Below, piece by piece: positions 63,865-64,000 of a stretch of 64,000 bases of DNA. The position numbers and the translations under genes were made by a program. The number at the start of each line of letters is the position of its first letter. The stretch's first letter is position 1. The notes beneath the pieces are model-generated. The model had not been told where the DNA came from, searched no databases, and saw only the letters and a list, made by a program, of their open reading frames with translations. The stretch is from Candidatus Marinacidobacterium sp. (GTDB lineage Bacteria; Acidobacteriota; Vicinamibacteria; Marinacidobacterales; Marinacidobacteraceae), in assembly GCA_965220965.1 (NCBI GenBank), contig OZ244852.1, forward strand, positions 2,784,001-2,848,000, written 5' to 3'.

Positions 63865-64000
63865 GTGAACGCCCGGCTCCGGAGCCTCGACGGGTTCCGG
63901 GGATTCACGATCGCCGGGATGATCCTGGTGAACAACCCCGGGAGCTGGAGCCAGGTCTACCCGGCGCTGCTCCACGCCCCCTGGCACGGGTGGACCCCCA
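63865..64000 (+). CDS. HGSNAT/NagX-like acyltransferase (3'-partial)
   Basis: VNARLRSLDGFRGFTIAGMILVNNPGSWSQVYPALLHAPWHGWTP. Confidence 0.85.
   Translation, partial: MNARLRSLDGFRGFTIAGMILVNNPGSWSQVYPALLHAPWHGWTP

Overview
Very GC-rich bacterial chromosome segment. The Oar-type TonB receptor, VPS10/BNR hydrolase, cytochrome c/PQQ-enzyme pair and GldG-like/DUF4340 pair suggest Acidobacteriota (inference only). Core content: ssrA (tmRNA, tag ANDHQLALAA), tRNA-Leu(CAA), a CAT-anticodon tRNA, amt-PII-glnA-flotillin, gpmA, pckA, plsC, carD and trmB. Metabolic and envelope clusters: Rieske oxygenase/GcvT-like pair divergent from cytochrome c-PQQ dehydrogenase-YVTN; a copper cluster (two-domain multicopper oxidase, TolC, OprC-like receptor); and a putative arylamine/methoxy-aromatic catabolic operon (GS-like ligase, atypical P450, Adc-family protein, extradiol dioxygenase). 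Features the ORF track does not explain: (1) three 188-bp structured MITE-like repeats with covarying, G-U-containing stems sitting at gene ends; (2) a 118-bp duplication of the 3' end of a dadA-like gene bracketing a one-gene cassette; (3) that dadA-like gene has no canonical start codon (ACG candidate); (4) a G7-tract frameshift separating the copper receptor from its signal peptide; (5) repeated orphan halves and stubs of TA/defence-type modules. No CRISPR array, integrase, transposase or rRNA was seen. All product calls come from motif recognition by eye, not database searches.
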